Positions 31,331-42,662 are shown, counted from the first letter of the whole stretch. The stretch is DNA of 60,842 nt, filler included, from 6 parts of 6 records of this genome joined end to end with filler, not necessarily neighbours in it, one strand, 5' to 3'. Numbers and translations are program-made. Notes: a model not told the origin generated them from the sequence alone.

Positions 31331-34300
31331 TCGTTAATTCTTGTTGGACCTTAGTTGCAGCATTGTAACTATAATTTCCTTCCTGAGAGGCAGTAATGGT
31401 AACTTTACCTGATCCCAGGATTGTGATTTGATTTCCACTAATTGCAATAATTGAGGTATTTGAACTTTTATATACCACAGGTAAGCCAGAAGATGCACTT
31501 GCGATTAATGGGAAAGAAGCATCTCCATAGGTAACTGCATTCAGAGCATTGAAGCTTATCGTTTGATCTGTTTTTAGTGTCGTGAAACTTAGTTCTTCGC
31601 CATAGTTTGTGCCCGAATCATTTGTTGAAAATGCTCTAATATAATAGGTCTTTCCTCCTAAAAGGTTATTAATATTTCCAGAAAATTCACCGGTTGCAGA
31701 TGCAGCTCCTTTATCAAGTATATGATTTAAAATTGTTGGAGATGGATCAGTACTCCAGCAAAAACCGTGGGCAGTAGGTGGTGTGTCTCCAAGATCTAAA
31801 ATATTTCCATTAGCTGTCGCGTTTTGATTTGTAACAGCAGTAATACTTTGTGTTTTTACCATTGGCAAAGGACTCATTGTATAAAGAAAAGCTTTCCCAT
31901 TATGTGGTAATTCAAAATCTCCAACCATGACCTCATCATAGCCATCCTTATTCACGTCACCAATAATTGAAATAGAATTTCCCAAGTTGACAATTCTGCT
32001 TTCTTCAATTATTGTGACATCAGGATTATTATCCATTTCGGCACTTCCATAATAAAAATAGGTTCGTTCATTACCAAAATAACCAGTTCGCTCTCCAATA
32101 GCAATATCATCATAACCATCTTTATTGATATCACCACCTCCGGTTACAGATTCTCCAAAATAACTATCACCTCCCTTACCTGTTAATGTTACATCAGGAA
32201 TATTGTCCATTTCGGTTCCTCCATAGAAAATATAAGTACGACCGGTGTTTGAGTTAATAGAATAATCTCCAACGATAATATCGTCAAATCCATCCTTGTT
32301 GACATCTCCTGCTCTTGAGACAGATTTCCCAATTTCAGATGCTTTCCCTTCTGATATGGAAACATCAGATACATTATCCATACTTGAACCACCAAAATAA
32401 ATATCGGTTCCATTCAATGCTCCAATTGCAACATCATCAAAACCATCTTTATTCACATCACCTGCTCCTGAGACTACTAAACCAAAATTGTTATTATTGA
32501 TTAAGGTATTCATTATCAAATCGGGCGTATTGTCCATTGTTGATCCACCATAATATATATAGGAACGCCCCTTGGAGTTATAACCATATGCTCCTACTAG
32601 TACGTCGTCAAAGCCATCTCGATTCACATCGCCTGCACCAGAAATAGAGCAGCCAAAATAATTATTGATTTCCTCTCCAGTCATGATTACATCAGGGTTA
32701 CTATCCATATCAGTGCCACCAAAGAAAATATAGGCACGTCCTTTATTTGAGACATAAGCCTCGGCACCAATCATCACATCATCAAAACCATCATTGTTAA
32801 CATCTCCAATTCCGGCTACCGAGTTTCCAAAATATGTATTTACGCCTTCGCCTCCGGTCATTATTACATCTGGAGTATAATCCATTTCTATACCTCCATA
32901 ATAAATGTATGCACGACCCGTATTTTCATTAAACCCTTGAGCTCCAACTAGCATATCTTCAAAGCCATCATTATTAACATCTCCAGCACTTGAAATAGAT
33001 TTACCAAAGGAGTTTTCTTTACCCTCACCAAGAATTTGAAAATCTGCTAGATTATCCATTGTATCGCTACCATAATAGAGCAAAACTCGACCATTATAAT
33101 CGTCATATGAACCGTGCCCAAATAGCAAGTCATCATAGCCATCTCCGTTGATATCACCACTTGTAGTTAAACGAAAACCATCATAATAAGAATCTTCTGT
33201 TATTGTTATGTCCGGGTAATTGTATAGCCTCTCTCTTCCAAGGTGTATATATATGCGACATTTTTTATGTTCGTACGAATAATAAAAAGAAACCACATCG
33301 TCATAACCATCTTTATTAACATCACCTGCTCCAGATACCAATATACGTTTATTATAGCCTGACAAGGCATTATCCTCCACTAAGTAGTTATCATAGTGAT
33401 TGTCCATATCTAAACCTCCATAATACAGGAAAGTTCTACGATCCGAATAGTAAGATCTGCCTCCAACTACAAAATCATCAAACCCATCATTGTTTGCATC
33501 GCCAACTTCAGACATCGATATGCCAAAGCTACCACCTTCTGTTTCACCAGTTAATATTAAATCTGGAGTTGTATTCATATTTGCTCCACCATGATAAACA
33601 TATACACGACCTGTGTTTGAACTGTACCCATAAGCGCCAATAAGAATATCTGCGTATTCATCATTGTTAATATCTCCAGCCTCAGATATAATAGTTCCAT
33701 ATCTATCACCTGGTGATTCCCCTGTCAAAATTAAATCAGGAACATTATCCATAGTGACACCACCATAATAAATATATACTCGACCTGTATTGGAGTTATA
33801 TCCATATGCTCCGATCATAACATCTGCATAACCGTCATTGTTAAGATCTCCTGTTCTTGATATTCCATAACCAAAATGATGTTCAGGCCCCTCTCCGAAC
33901 AAAACTAAGTCGGCTACATTGTCCATTTCAGCACCTCCATAAAAAATATAGGCTTTCCCTGTGTTTGAATTGTGTTCATCACTTCCTACTATGATATCAT
34001 CATAACCATCCTGATTGATATCTCCAGCTCCTGATACCGCATCTCCAAATGAAGCATCTCCCAAATCTCCTTCTAAAATTAAATCTGGTGTATCATCGAA
34101 TTCCTTACCTCCATAATAAATAAAAACACGGCTTGTTGGATAGTAGCTGTCTCGTCCAGTTATGGCTATATCATCATACCCATCATTGTTAATATCCCCA
34201 ACAATATCAGTGTAGAGTCCTAAACCAGAATTACCACCTGTATTATTGGATTCCTCAAAAGTTTCCAAAAGCTTTTGAGCATTACTATTGATACTTCCGC

Positions 34301-34346
34301 TAAGAAGTAGGATAAGAACAAAGCCAATTAGAGTAAAAATTTTCAT
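30006..34346 (-). CDS. Large secreted surface protein: 14 FG-GAP (integrin-alpha-like) repeats, FN3-like domain and MBG repeats; 3'-truncated
   Basis: Signal peptide MKIFTLIGF...NA-Q; 14 GD(I/V)NxDG(Y/F)xD-type motifs; TYYIRAFSTN..GT.YG; at least 6 LTVTADDK.K.YG..NP repeats. Confidence 0.9.
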
Positions 34347-34992
34347 AAAGTAGAATGTATTAGGTATAGAGAAATTTTGTTGTGATCTTAACAAGATATT
34401 ATTCATTAATTATCTAAATCGTATTTATTTAATGAATGAAACAAATATATATATTAAGTACTAAATTGTTAGTTTAATCAATAGATTTTAGTACACATAT
34501 ATATAATTGTTGTTATGTAAATATTAGCTCTACTGATCTATTCTAAAGCTTTTAGGGGCAATATAGATTTACTCTAAATTTAAAATTTTGGAATCTACAT
34601 AATCACAAGAATTAATTCTATGAAGTTTTTGGATGAAAATAATGGTGTTTAGTTTGGGAAGATGAAGGTTGTGTTTTTGTGATTTGATCATATTTCAGAC
34701 TGAATAAGATGATAATAGAATCGTTGTTATCCTCTATGACTTATATATTAATAACAGGATAATAAAGGTAATGATCTCCAAATGCAATAGAGTTGCCTGA
34801 AAAGTAGGTTTAGTACAAGAAAGTAGTTAAGGTGTGTGAAGGTTTTGATCTTTTCTGTTATAAAATATTTGAACCAGAGCAAAAATATATTGAATACTGA
34901 TCTTAGTATGTTTTATGTTTCGATGTACAATAATATTGTTTAATTTTAAGAATCAAGCCTTAAAAGGTGTTAACTTAAACATATAAATAAAG

Positions 34993-36351
34993 ATGGCATT
35001 CTATTCTTATTTTGATTCTCCGAATTTATACCCTAATAAATTTGATTTCCATCAAGAGGGTGGATCACCCAAGCTGCTTGATAAATTAATGCAATTCATT
35101 CAGGAGAGAAAAGATCGTATTCAGCAAATAGATATAGCTTGGTATTTGTTCAATAACCGTGTATTTTATAATTTTTTGAAGGAGCTGGTTCACGGTGGAA
35201 TTAAAGTAAATGTTGTTACCATTCCTTTGGAAGGCTTTGATCCAAATAATCCAAAGAAAATCAAATTTAGTCGATCGAATCAGTATAGCAATCGAACTTT
35301 TTCGAAGTACGATTTGGCAAAAGACATTTTCAGTGAGCATTATAAACTGAAGAATACAGATGAATTTACGATCCGCTTTTTTCCCCATTTGTATGTTCGT
35401 AGTTCTTATGTGAAGAAATTCTCGAGAGGTAAATTACCTTATTCATTGCATATAAAGGCATGTTACATTACTATGAAAGATGGTTTTGCCTCAATTTTAA
35501 GTTCCTCTAATTTTGCTGTACGCGATTTGGTTAAAAATGAATCCTTACTTATAATCGAGAATGAGGAAGTTTACCAAAATGCATTTGAATGCTTCTTTAA
35601 AGATTTAAATGCCAATGCTGTTGATATTCACAAATTTTCACGAGAATTAAATACCAGTTGTAACAACTACCCTTTGGTTGAATCAAACAATACAGATAGC
35701 GCTTTTTTTTCAGCTCCATTTTATTTCGACTCCTCTTTTTTGATGGAAGCAAAATTGATTGATTTATTAAAAGGAGCAAAAAAAGAGATAAGAATTTGCG
35801 CTCAACATCTGGCGGCCTTTAATTATACAGTTCCATCGCAATTTCATAGTAAATTATCACATGATGTGAGGAAAAAAGGAGTACTGGGAGAACTAATTGC
35901 ATGTGCTAAAAGGGGCGTTAAAATTAGTTGTTTATCTCAAACCTTTTCAGCTCCATCAGATATAATTGGTAATTTCGAAGAGTTAAAATTTCGAAGTCCT
36001 CAAAATGTGAAGAGTTTTCAGGAATTTGCTTCGGAATTGTATAGGTGTAAAACGGTTTCCTATTTTGTGAATGAATCTGTTCATTCAAAGTATATTCTTA
36101 TAGATGATATCCTGGTTTTTTGCACTTACAATTATACGCCTACACAATTTATATATCTCGATAAGGTGAATATCTCTTCATTTAAAGAAATGCCTGAAAT
36201 TTCCTATTCGGGAATTCATTGTGAAGTTACCGGTCATGTTGTGATTACAGATTCAAAACTCGCAAAAGAGTTCGCATCGAATTTTGATGATATTTGCAGT
36301 TGTCATGAAAGTAAGCAAGTTATATGTTGTACTGAAAAGGGATGTGTGTAA
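34993..36351 (+). CDS. Phospholipase D superfamily protein with two HxK motifs (putative nuclease)
   Basis: QIDIAWYLF, LHIKACYIT...SSNF and VHSKYILIDD...TYNYT; no signal peptide or TM. Confidence 0.8.
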   Translation: MAFYSYFDSPNLYPNKFDFHQEGGSPKLLDKLMQFIQERKDRIQQIDIAWYLFNNRVFYNFLKELVHGGIKVNVVTIPLEGFDPNNPKKIKFSRSNQYSNRTFSKYDLAKDIFSEHYKLKNTDEFTIRFFPHLYVRSSYVKKFSRGKLPYSLHIKACYITMKDGFASILSSSNFAVRDLVKNESLLIIENEEVYQNAFECFFKDLNANAVDIHKFSRELNTSCNNYPLVESNNTDSAFFSAPFYFDSSFLMEAKLIDLLKGAKKEIRICAQHLAAFNYTVPSQFHSKLSHDVRKKGVLGELIACAKRGVKISCLSQTFSAPSDIIGNFEELKFRSPQNVKSFQEFASELYRCKTVSYFVNESVHSKYILIDDILVFCTYNYTPTQFIYLDKVNISSFKEMPEISYSGIHCEVTGHVVITDSKLAKEFASNFDDICSCHESKQVICCTEKGCV

Positions 36352-36377
36352 AAGGATAATTGTTAGTCTTCATTTTA

Positions 36378-36385
36378 TATCTTTG
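36378..36385 (+). promoter_or_regulatory. Bacteroidota -7 promoter element upstream of the methylase
   Basis: TATCTTTG = TAnnTTTG. Confidence 0.5.
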
Positions 36386-36442
36386 CGATGATTAAGGGGA
36401 AATTCTTAGTGTTTATTTAGGGGATTTAATTGTAGTGTTTTT

Positions 36443-37483
36443 ATGAGAGTAGTTTCTTTTTTTGCAGGTGCAGGTGGTCTTGATTTGGGCTTTGAGAAAG
36501 CTGGTTTTAAGGTGGTTTGGGCAAATGAATATGACAAGACAATTTGGGATACTTACGAGAAAAATCATTTGAATACGAAATTAGATCGTAGAAGTATTGT
36601 AGAAATTCAATCGGATGAAGTTCCTGATTGTGATGGGATTATTGGAGGACCTCCTTGTCAGAGTTGGAGTGAGGCTGGAGCCTTAAGGGGAATTAAGGAC
36701 AAAAGGGGACAGCTCTTTTATGATTTTATAAGAATTTTAGAAGCCAAACAACCTAAGTTTTTTCTTGCTGAGAATGTTAGTGGGATGTTATTGCCTCGCC
36801 ATAAAGAAGCATTGGAGAATATAAAGGAGCTTTTTAAAAATGCAGGTACTGGTTACGAATTGTCATTTAAACTCTTAAATGCATCCGATTATAATGTGCC
36901 TCAGGATCGTAAACGAGTCTTTTTTATAGGAATTCGAAAAGATCTAGGTTTTAAATTCAAGTTTCCAAGTGAAACACTTCCGAAAGTAGATCTGAAAAAT
37001 GCAATCGGAGATCTAACTTTAACTGCTATTCCAGCATTGGAAAAAAACTATTCAAATAAGGAAAATTGTATCATTCCTAATCATGAATACATGATAGGAG
37101 GCTACTCTAGTATGTTTATGTCTCGTAACAGAGTTAGAACATGGGAAGAGCAATCGTTTACTATTCAGGCAGGGGGTAGACATGCTCCGCTTCATCCACA
37201 AGCTCCTCCAATGGTTCTGGTAGAGAAAGATAAAAGAGTTTTTGTTTCGGGTAAGGAAGATTTGTATAGAAGATTAAGTGTGAGAGAATGTGCTCGCATT
37301 CAAACTTTTCCTGATGATTTTAAATTCTATTATCAAAAGGTTGCCGATGGATATAAAATGATCGGTAATGCAGTACCAGTTAATATGGCTTATTTTTTAG
37401 CTACTACTATAAAAAAACAGATTGAATTCAATAGTATAGAAAAGAAAGTTACTTCGAAGTCTTCGGAAACTAGTATCGTTTAA
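36443..37483 (+). CDS. dcm: DNA cytosine-5 methyltransferase, M.HaeIII-like (predicted GGCC)
   Basis: [45 protein letters not shown]...[14 protein letters not shown] resembles the GGCC methylases as recalled. Confidence 0.92.
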   Translation: MRVVSFFAGAGGLDLGFEKAGFKVVWANEYDKTIWDTYEKNHLNTKLDRRSIVEIQSDEVPDCDGIIGGPPCQSWSEAGALRGIKDKRGQLFYDFIRILEAKQPKFFLAENVSGMLLPRHKEALENIKELFKNAGTGYELSFKLLNASDYNVPQDRKRVFFIGIRKDLGFKFKFPSETLPKVDLKNAIGDLTLTAIPALEKNYSNKENCIIPNHEYMIGGYSSMFMSRNRVRTWEEQSFTIQAGGRHAPLHPQAPPMVLVEKDKRVFVSGKEDLYRRLSVRECARIQTFPDDFKFYYQKVADGYKMIGNAVPVNMAYFLATTIKKQIEFNSIEKKVTSKSSETSIV

Positions 37484-37754
37484 TTTGTACGTTTTAATTA
37501 GGATGAAAAACTTCTCTTTTTTGTTAACTAATAGTTGTAATTCAGTATTCTTATCTTTGCTGATTTACTTCACAAATTGGTTAAAATAAATGATAATTAA
37601 TCTGTATAACTATCAGGTGGATTATAGTTTAAAGATTCGAGTTAATTGATGCTTACATCAACATTTTCTATGGTTCAATACACTTGTAGTTATCTAGATA
37701 TTTTGTAGATTTGCTACTCAAAATCTTATTTAGACACAGAATAATTAAACATAC

Positions 37755-38747
37755 ATGGAATTTAAGTCAATGAATCTGAAAGAAAATGCACCTGCGACTT
37801 CGGAGGGTGATGTGGAAAATGTAAAATGCCTGATTGTTGGTTCTGGTCCTGCTGGTTACACAGCTGCTATTTATGCTGCAAGAGCCAATTTAAATCCTGT
37901 TTTAATTGAAGGATTGCAGCCTGGTGGACAGTTAACTACGACTACTGAAGTGGATAACTTTCCTGGATATGCTGATGGTGTTACGGGACCTGCGATGATG
38001 GCTGATTTAAAAAAGCAAGCTGAGCGTTTTGGTACGGATTGTCGTTGGGGACTTGTTACAGAGGTTGATTTCTCATCTTATCCACATAAGGTAATTGTTG
38101 ATGGTAAGAATGTAATCATGGCTGAAACGGTTATTTTGGCTACAGGAGCAACAGCTAAATATTTAGGTTTTCCTACCGAAGAAAAATATATGGGATCCGG
38201 AGTATCTGCTTGTGCAACTTGCGATGGCTTCTTTTATAGAGGAATGGATGTTGCTGTAGTAGGAGGTGGAGATACTGCTGCTGAAGAAGCAACTTATTTG
38301 GCAGGTCTGGCTAAGAAAGTATATTTGATAGTGCGTAAGGATTATTTACGTGCATCGAAGGCAATGCAAGATCGTGTGATGAAGACAGAAAATATTGAAG
38401 TTCTTTATGAGCACAATACGAAAGAATTGTATGGCGATGGAGTTGTGCAAGGTGCAAAGTTGATTAAAAGAATGGGAGAGGCTGATGAGCAAGAAGTTGA
38501 CATTAAAATTGATGGATTCTTTGTTGCAATTGGACATACGCCAAACTCTAAGGTATTTGCCGATTATTTAAAGACAGATGAGCAAGGGTACGTTATTACA
38601 GAGCCAGATACTACCAAAACAAATGTTCCTGGTGTATTTGCTTCAGGTGATTTAAAAGATCCTCATTATCGTCAGGCAATTACATCTGCAGGTTCAGGAT
38701 GTATGGCTGCAATGGATGCAGAAAGATTTCTGGCAGAAAGAGAATAA
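37755..38747 (+). CDS. trxB: Thioredoxin reductase
   Basis: GSGPAGYTAA, GGQLTTTTEVDNFPG, CATCDG, GGGDTA, YRQAITSAGSG. Confidence 0.96.
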   Translation: MEFKSMNLKENAPATSEGDVENVKCLIVGSGPAGYTAAIYAARANLNPVLIEGLQPGGQLTTTTEVDNFPGYADGVTGPAMMADLKKQAERFGTDCRWGLVTEVDFSSYPHKVIVDGKNVIMAETVILATGATAKYLGFPTEEKYMGSGVSACATCDGFFYRGMDVAVVGGGDTAAEEATYLAGLAKKVYLIVRKDYLRASKAMQDRVMKTENIEVLYEHNTKELYGDGVVQGAKLIKRMGEADEQEVDIKIDGFFVAIGHTPNSKVFADYLKTDEQGYVITEPDTTKTNVPGVFASGDLKDPHYRQAITSAGSGCMAAMDAERFLAERE

Positions 38748-38768
38748 CTATACAATTATATATAAGAA

Positions 38769-38843
38769 ACCCGACTACATTAAAGTGGTCGGGTATTTTT
38801 TTTTGCGTAAAAAAAACGGCATCCTTTCGAATGCCGTTCTTTG
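38769..38843. terminator. Two back-to-back intrinsic terminators between convergent genes
   Basis: ACCCGACTAC-attaaa-GTGGTCGGGT-ATTTTTTTTT (+) and A-run-AACGGCAT..ATGCCGTT (-). Confidence 0.75.
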
Positions 38844-38859
38844 ATATATCTTGAAAATA

Positions 38860-40110
38860 TTACTGATTAAAGATATCAGCAAATTTCTCGTTACTGTATT
38901 TTCCGTCTTTCAACTTCTGTGCAACATCCTTAAATGCATTAACAGTGTACTCAACATCTTCTAAAGTATGAGTAGCAGTTGGAATTAAACGAAGTAATAA
39001 TTGTCCTTTAGGAATTACTGGGTATACTACGATAGAACAGAAAATATTGTAATTTTCTCTTAAATCCATAGTAACCTGAGTTCCTTCAGCTACACTACCT
39101 GATAAATAAACAGGAGTTACAGGAGATTCAGTTACACCAATATCTAATCCAGCATCGGTTAATCCTTTTTGCAATGCATTTGATACAGACCAAAGTTGCT
39201 CACGTAATTCAGGCATTGTCTTTAACATTTCAAGACGCTTAATAGAACCTTCTACGATTGGCATTGGAAGAGATTTTGCGAAAATTTGAGATCTCATTGT
39301 ATATCTTAAGTAAGTACCAACTTCTTCGCTACATGCGATAAAAGCACCAATACCTGCCATAGCTTTTGCAAAAGTACTAAAGTGTAAATCTACCTTATCT
39401 TCAACTCCGAAATGCTCAATTGCACCAGCACCAGTTTTACCCATAACACCAAATCCATGAGCATCGTCAACCAATAAACGGAAATTGAAATCGTCTTTCA
39501 TAGCGCAGATTTCATCCAATTTACCAAGATCACCAGCCATACCGAAAACACCTTCAGTAATTACAAGAATACCACCACCTGTTTTTTCAGTCCATTTGGT
39601 AGCACGCTCTAATTCTTTACGAAGGTTATCCATATCGTTATGAGGGAAAACAAAACGCTTACCTGGGTGAAGTCTAAGACCATCCATAATACAAGCGTGA
39701 GATTCTGAATCATAAACGATTACATCGTGACGACCAACCATTGCATCAATAATTGACACCATTCCCTGGTAACCAAAGTTCAATAAGAAAGCATCTGGTT
39801 TTCCAACAAATTCAGCTAATTTAGACTCTAACTCTTCGTGAAGGCTAGTTTGCCCTGACATCATACGAGCTCCCATTGGATAAGCTAATCCCCATTTTTC
39901 AGCTGCTACAGCATCTGCTTTTCTAATTTCAGGATGATTTGCTAAACCAATATAATTATTCAAACTCCATGTTAAGACTTCTTTCCCACGAAACTTCATT
40001 CTAGAGCTAATTTCACCTTCTAATTTAGGAAAGGCGAAGTAACCATGAGCCTGCTTTGCGTATTGTCCAATATTCCCTTTTTGGGTTTTAATTTTGTCAA
40101 AAATATCCAC
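38860..40110 (-). CDS. sulA: PLP-dependent alpha-oxoamine synthase, SulA/CapB (cysteate acyltransferase, capnine synthesis) type
   Basis: HGYFAFPKLEGE, WSLNNY, PMGARMMSGQT, DDAHG, TFAK PLP lysine, RSQIFAKSLP; closely matches the Alistipes SulA sequence as recalled. Confidence 0.75.
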   Translation of the reverse strand: MDIFDKIKTQKGNIGQYAKQAHGYFAFPKLEGEISSRMKFRGKEVLTWSLNNYIGLANHPEIRKADAVAAEKWGLAYPMGARMMSGQTSLHEELESKLAEFVGKPDAFLLNFGYQGMVSIIDAMVGRHDVIVYDSESHACIMDGLRLHPGKRFVFPHNDMDNLRKELERATKWTEKTGGGILVITEGVFGMAGDLGKLDEICAMKDDFNFRLLVDDAHGFGVMGKTGAGAIEHFGVEDKVDLHFSTFAKAMAGIGAFIACSEEVGTYLRYTMRSQIFAKSLPMPIVEGSIKRLEMLKTMPELREQLWSVSNALQKGLTDAGLDIGVTESPVTPVYLSGSVAEGTQVTMDLRENYNIFCSIVVYPVIPKGQLLLRLIPTATHTLEDVEYTVNAFKDVAQKLKDGKYSNEKFADIFNQ

Positions 40111-40148
40111 GATATATGCTTTTTTGAGTTATTTTCTTTCTAACTGTG

Positions 40149-40246
40149 CAAAAGTAATCTTTTTTGAAATTAAACCAATAAATATTAAAGAATTGTATAA
40201 TATGAGGGGAAAGTATATAATAATTCAGAGGAAAACTTTATCTTTG
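40149..40246. promoter_or_regulatory. Divergent Bacteroidota -7 elements
   Basis: TACTTTTG on - strand (40149-40156) and TATCTTTG on + strand (40239-40246). Confidence 0.6.
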
Positions 40247-40277
40247 CAAAATGCAAAAAATTATAGTAGCAGAGCCT

Positions 40278-41081
40278 ATGAGAAAAATAATCTTCCTGTT
40301 CGTGCTTTTTGCCTTTGTTTTAACGGGGTGTAGCGATTATCAAAAATTATTAAAAAGTAATGATAATTCGTTAAAGTATAAAAAAGCAATTGAGTATTAC
40401 AATGCGGAACAATATGTGAAAGCCGCAACCTTGTTTGAAGAATTACTTCCTATTTATAGAGGAACAAGTAAAGCAGAAACAATAAGTTACTATATTTCTT
40501 ATTGTTCTTATGGACAAGGCGATTACATTTCGGCAGGATATTTTTTTAGAAATTTTCTAAAAACTTTTCCAGATAGCCCATATTCGGAAGAAAGTCTTTA
40601 TATGAGTGCATACTGTTATTATTTGGAGTCACCTAAACCACGTTTAGATCAGACTCCAACAACAAATGCTATTGATGCAATGCAGTTGTATATTAATCGT
40701 TATCCGAATTCTACGAGAATTTCTAAGTGTAATGATTATATAGATGAATTACAGGATAAATTGGTTTATAAATCATATTTAAGTGCAAGAAATTATTACG
40801 ATAGAGGGCATTCTCCATCGGCAATTATTGCATTACAAAATAGTTTAAAGGATTACCCAGGATCTTCGTATCGTGAAGATTTAATGTTCATGCTTTTAGA
40901 ATCGAAACATCAGTTGGCATATAAAAGTGTAGCAGGGAAGAAACGTGAAAGATATAACAATGCGAAAGAGGAGTATTTTTCTTTTGTAGATGAGTACCCT
41001 AAAAGTAAGCACATGAAGCGTGCTGAAAAAATGATTGAAGATATTGAATCATACTTAAGTAAGTTTAATACGAATAATTAA
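40278..41081 (+). CDS. bamD: Outer membrane protein assembly lipoprotein BamD
   Basis: Lipobox LTGC, YQKLLKS, TPR repeats, SPKPRLDQTPT; followed by rpoZ as in Bacteroidota. Confidence 0.9.
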   Translation: MRKIIFLFVLFAFVLTGCSDYQKLLKSNDNSLKYKKAIEYYNAEQYVKAATLFEELLPIYRGTSKAETISYYISYCSYGQGDYISAGYFFRNFLKTFPDSPYSEESLYMSAYCYYLESPKPRLDQTPTTNAIDAMQLYINRYPNSTRISKCNDYIDELQDKLVYKSYLSARNYYDRGHSPSAIIALQNSLKDYPGSSYREDLMFMLLESKHQLAYKSVAGKKRERYNNAKEEYFSFVDEYPKSKHMKRAEKMIEDIESYLSKFNTNN

Positions 41082-41104
41082 AATAGATCTAATTCTTAGA
41101 CAGT

Positions 41105-41329
41105 ATGGATTACAAAAAAACAAATGCAGCAAGTTCAACAATTACCCGTAACATGACCGAAATGAGCGAGGATGTGGGTAATGTTTATGAATCTGTAATG
41201 ATTATGGCGAAAAGGTCAAATCAGATTGCTGTTGAGCTGAAAAGTGAACTGAATAAGAAATTGCAAGAGTTTGCATCTTATACAGATAACTTGGAAGAGG
41301 TTTTTGAAAATCGTGAGCAGATTGAAATC
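41105..41329 (+). CDS. rpoZ: RNA polymerase omega subunit (Bacteroidota type), 3'-truncated
   Basis: MDYKKTNA...GNVYES...AKRSNQI...DNLEEVFENREQIEI. Confidence 0.88.
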
Positions 41330-41429
41330 NNNNNNNNNNNNNNNNNNNNNNNNNNNNNNNNNNNNNNNNNNNNTTAATTAATTAANNNNNNNNNNNNNNN
41401 NNNNNNNNNNNNNNNNNNNNNNNNNNNNN
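41330..41429. other. Artificial contig spacer
   Basis: N44-TTAATTAATTAA-N44. Confidence 0.99.
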
Positions 41430-42575
41430 AATGCTTCTTGGATTAGAAAAATGTTTGAAGAAGGAGCTAAATTAGCAGAAAAATATGGTAAAGAAAATGT
41501 ATATGACTTTAGTATAGGAAACCCTTTTGCTGAACCTCCAAAGGAAACGATAGAATCATTAGAAAAGCATATTAAAGAACCTGGAATTCATAGATATATG
41601 AATAATGCAGGTTATCCTGAAGTAAGAAAAGCAATTGCAGCAGATGTATCAAAAAATAGTAAACATGAATTAACTGAAAATAATATTGTAATGACAGTAG
41701 GTGCTGCCGGAGGTTTAAACGTTATTTTGAAGTCAATTTTGAATCCCGGTGAAGAAGTAGTGGTATTTGCACCATACTTTGTCGAATATGGTTTTTATGC
41801 TGAAAATCATGGAGGAAAATTAGTAAAAGTTTCAACTGCAGAAACAAATTTCCAACCTAATATAGAGGGCTTAAAAGAGGCTATAACAGCTAAAACAAAA
41901 GCAATTATTATAAATTCACCTAATAATCCATCTGGAGCTGTGTATAAAGCAGGAATTTTGGAAGATATGGCGAAATTAATAAAAGAAAAAGAAGAAGAGT
42001 TAGGAATAACTATTTTCGTGATTTCTGATGAGCCTTATACTAAAATTGCTTATGATAATGTTAAAATACCTAATATTTTGGATATATTTGAAAGAGGAAT
42101 AATGGTTACTTCTTTTAGTAAATCTTTGGGGTTAGCAGGAGAAAGAATTGGATATATTGCAACAAGACCGGATATGGAAAACATTGAAGAATTAATGGGA
42201 GCATTAATTTTCTCTAATAGAACTTTAGGTTTTGTTAACGCTCCTGGTTTATTTCAAAAAGTAGCAGCTGATTCTTTGGAAGCAAGTGTGAACGTAACGG
42301 ATTACTTAGAAAAAAGAGATTATTTATATGAAAATTTAACCAGATTAGGTTTTGAAATTTTGAAACCTGAGGGAACTTTTTATTTATTTCCTAAATCACC
42401 GTTTGAAAATGATTTAGAATTTGTAAAAAAAGCATTGGAGTATAATATATTATTAGTGCCTGGAACTGGCTTTGGGTGTCCCGGGTATTTCAGAATGTCA
42501 TATTGTGTTGAATTTGACATGATAGAAAGATCTATCTCAGCTTTTGAGAAATTAGCAAATGAATTGGGTTTATAA
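41430..42575 (+). CDS. Class I PLP aminotransferase (aspartate aminotransferase-like), 5'-truncated
   Basis: (NASW)IRKMFEEG, DFSIGNP, NSPNNPSG, SDEPY, SFSKSLGLAGERIG. Confidence 0.92.
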   Translation, partial: NASWIRKMFEEGAKLAEKYGKENVYDFSIGNPFAEPPKETIESLEKHIKEPGIHRYMNNAGYPEVRKAIAADVSKNSKHELTENNIVMTVGAAGGLNVILKSILNPGEEVVVFAPYFVEYGFYAENHGGKLVKVSTAETNFQPNIEGLKEAITAKTKAIIINSPNNPSGAVYKAGILEDMAKLIKEKEEELGITIFVISDEPYTKIAYDNVKIPNILDIFERGIMVTSFSKSLGLAGERIGYIATRPDMENIEELMGALIFSNRTLGFVNAPGLFQKVAADSLEASVNVTDYLEKRDYLYENLTRLGFEILKPEGTFYLFPKSPFENDLEFVKKALEYNILLVPGTGFGCPGYFRMSYCVEFDMIERSISAFEKLANELGL

Positions 42576-42662
42576 ATCAAGATAAAAAATGATAGTGCAT
42601 TTTCAAGAAATATCGATAATTAAAATAGAATTAATTTTAATTTTTAAGGGGTTGTATATTTT

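Noticed and set aside
30006-34346. CRISPR array or diversity-generating retroelement suggested by repeats
   Set aside because: The repeats are in-frame protein domains. There are no repeat-spacer units, no adenine-specific TR/VR pair and no RT or cas genes in the window.
34407-34992. Long AT-rich intergenic region as a possible ncRNA or small gene
   Set aside because: No convincing ORF, hairpin family or repeat was found; it is consistent with divergent promoter DNA.
38860-40110. Serine palmitoyltransferase or BioF call
   Set aside because: The motifs fit the SulA/CapB clade better (GARMMSG rather than GSRFLNG or GSRLL.G).
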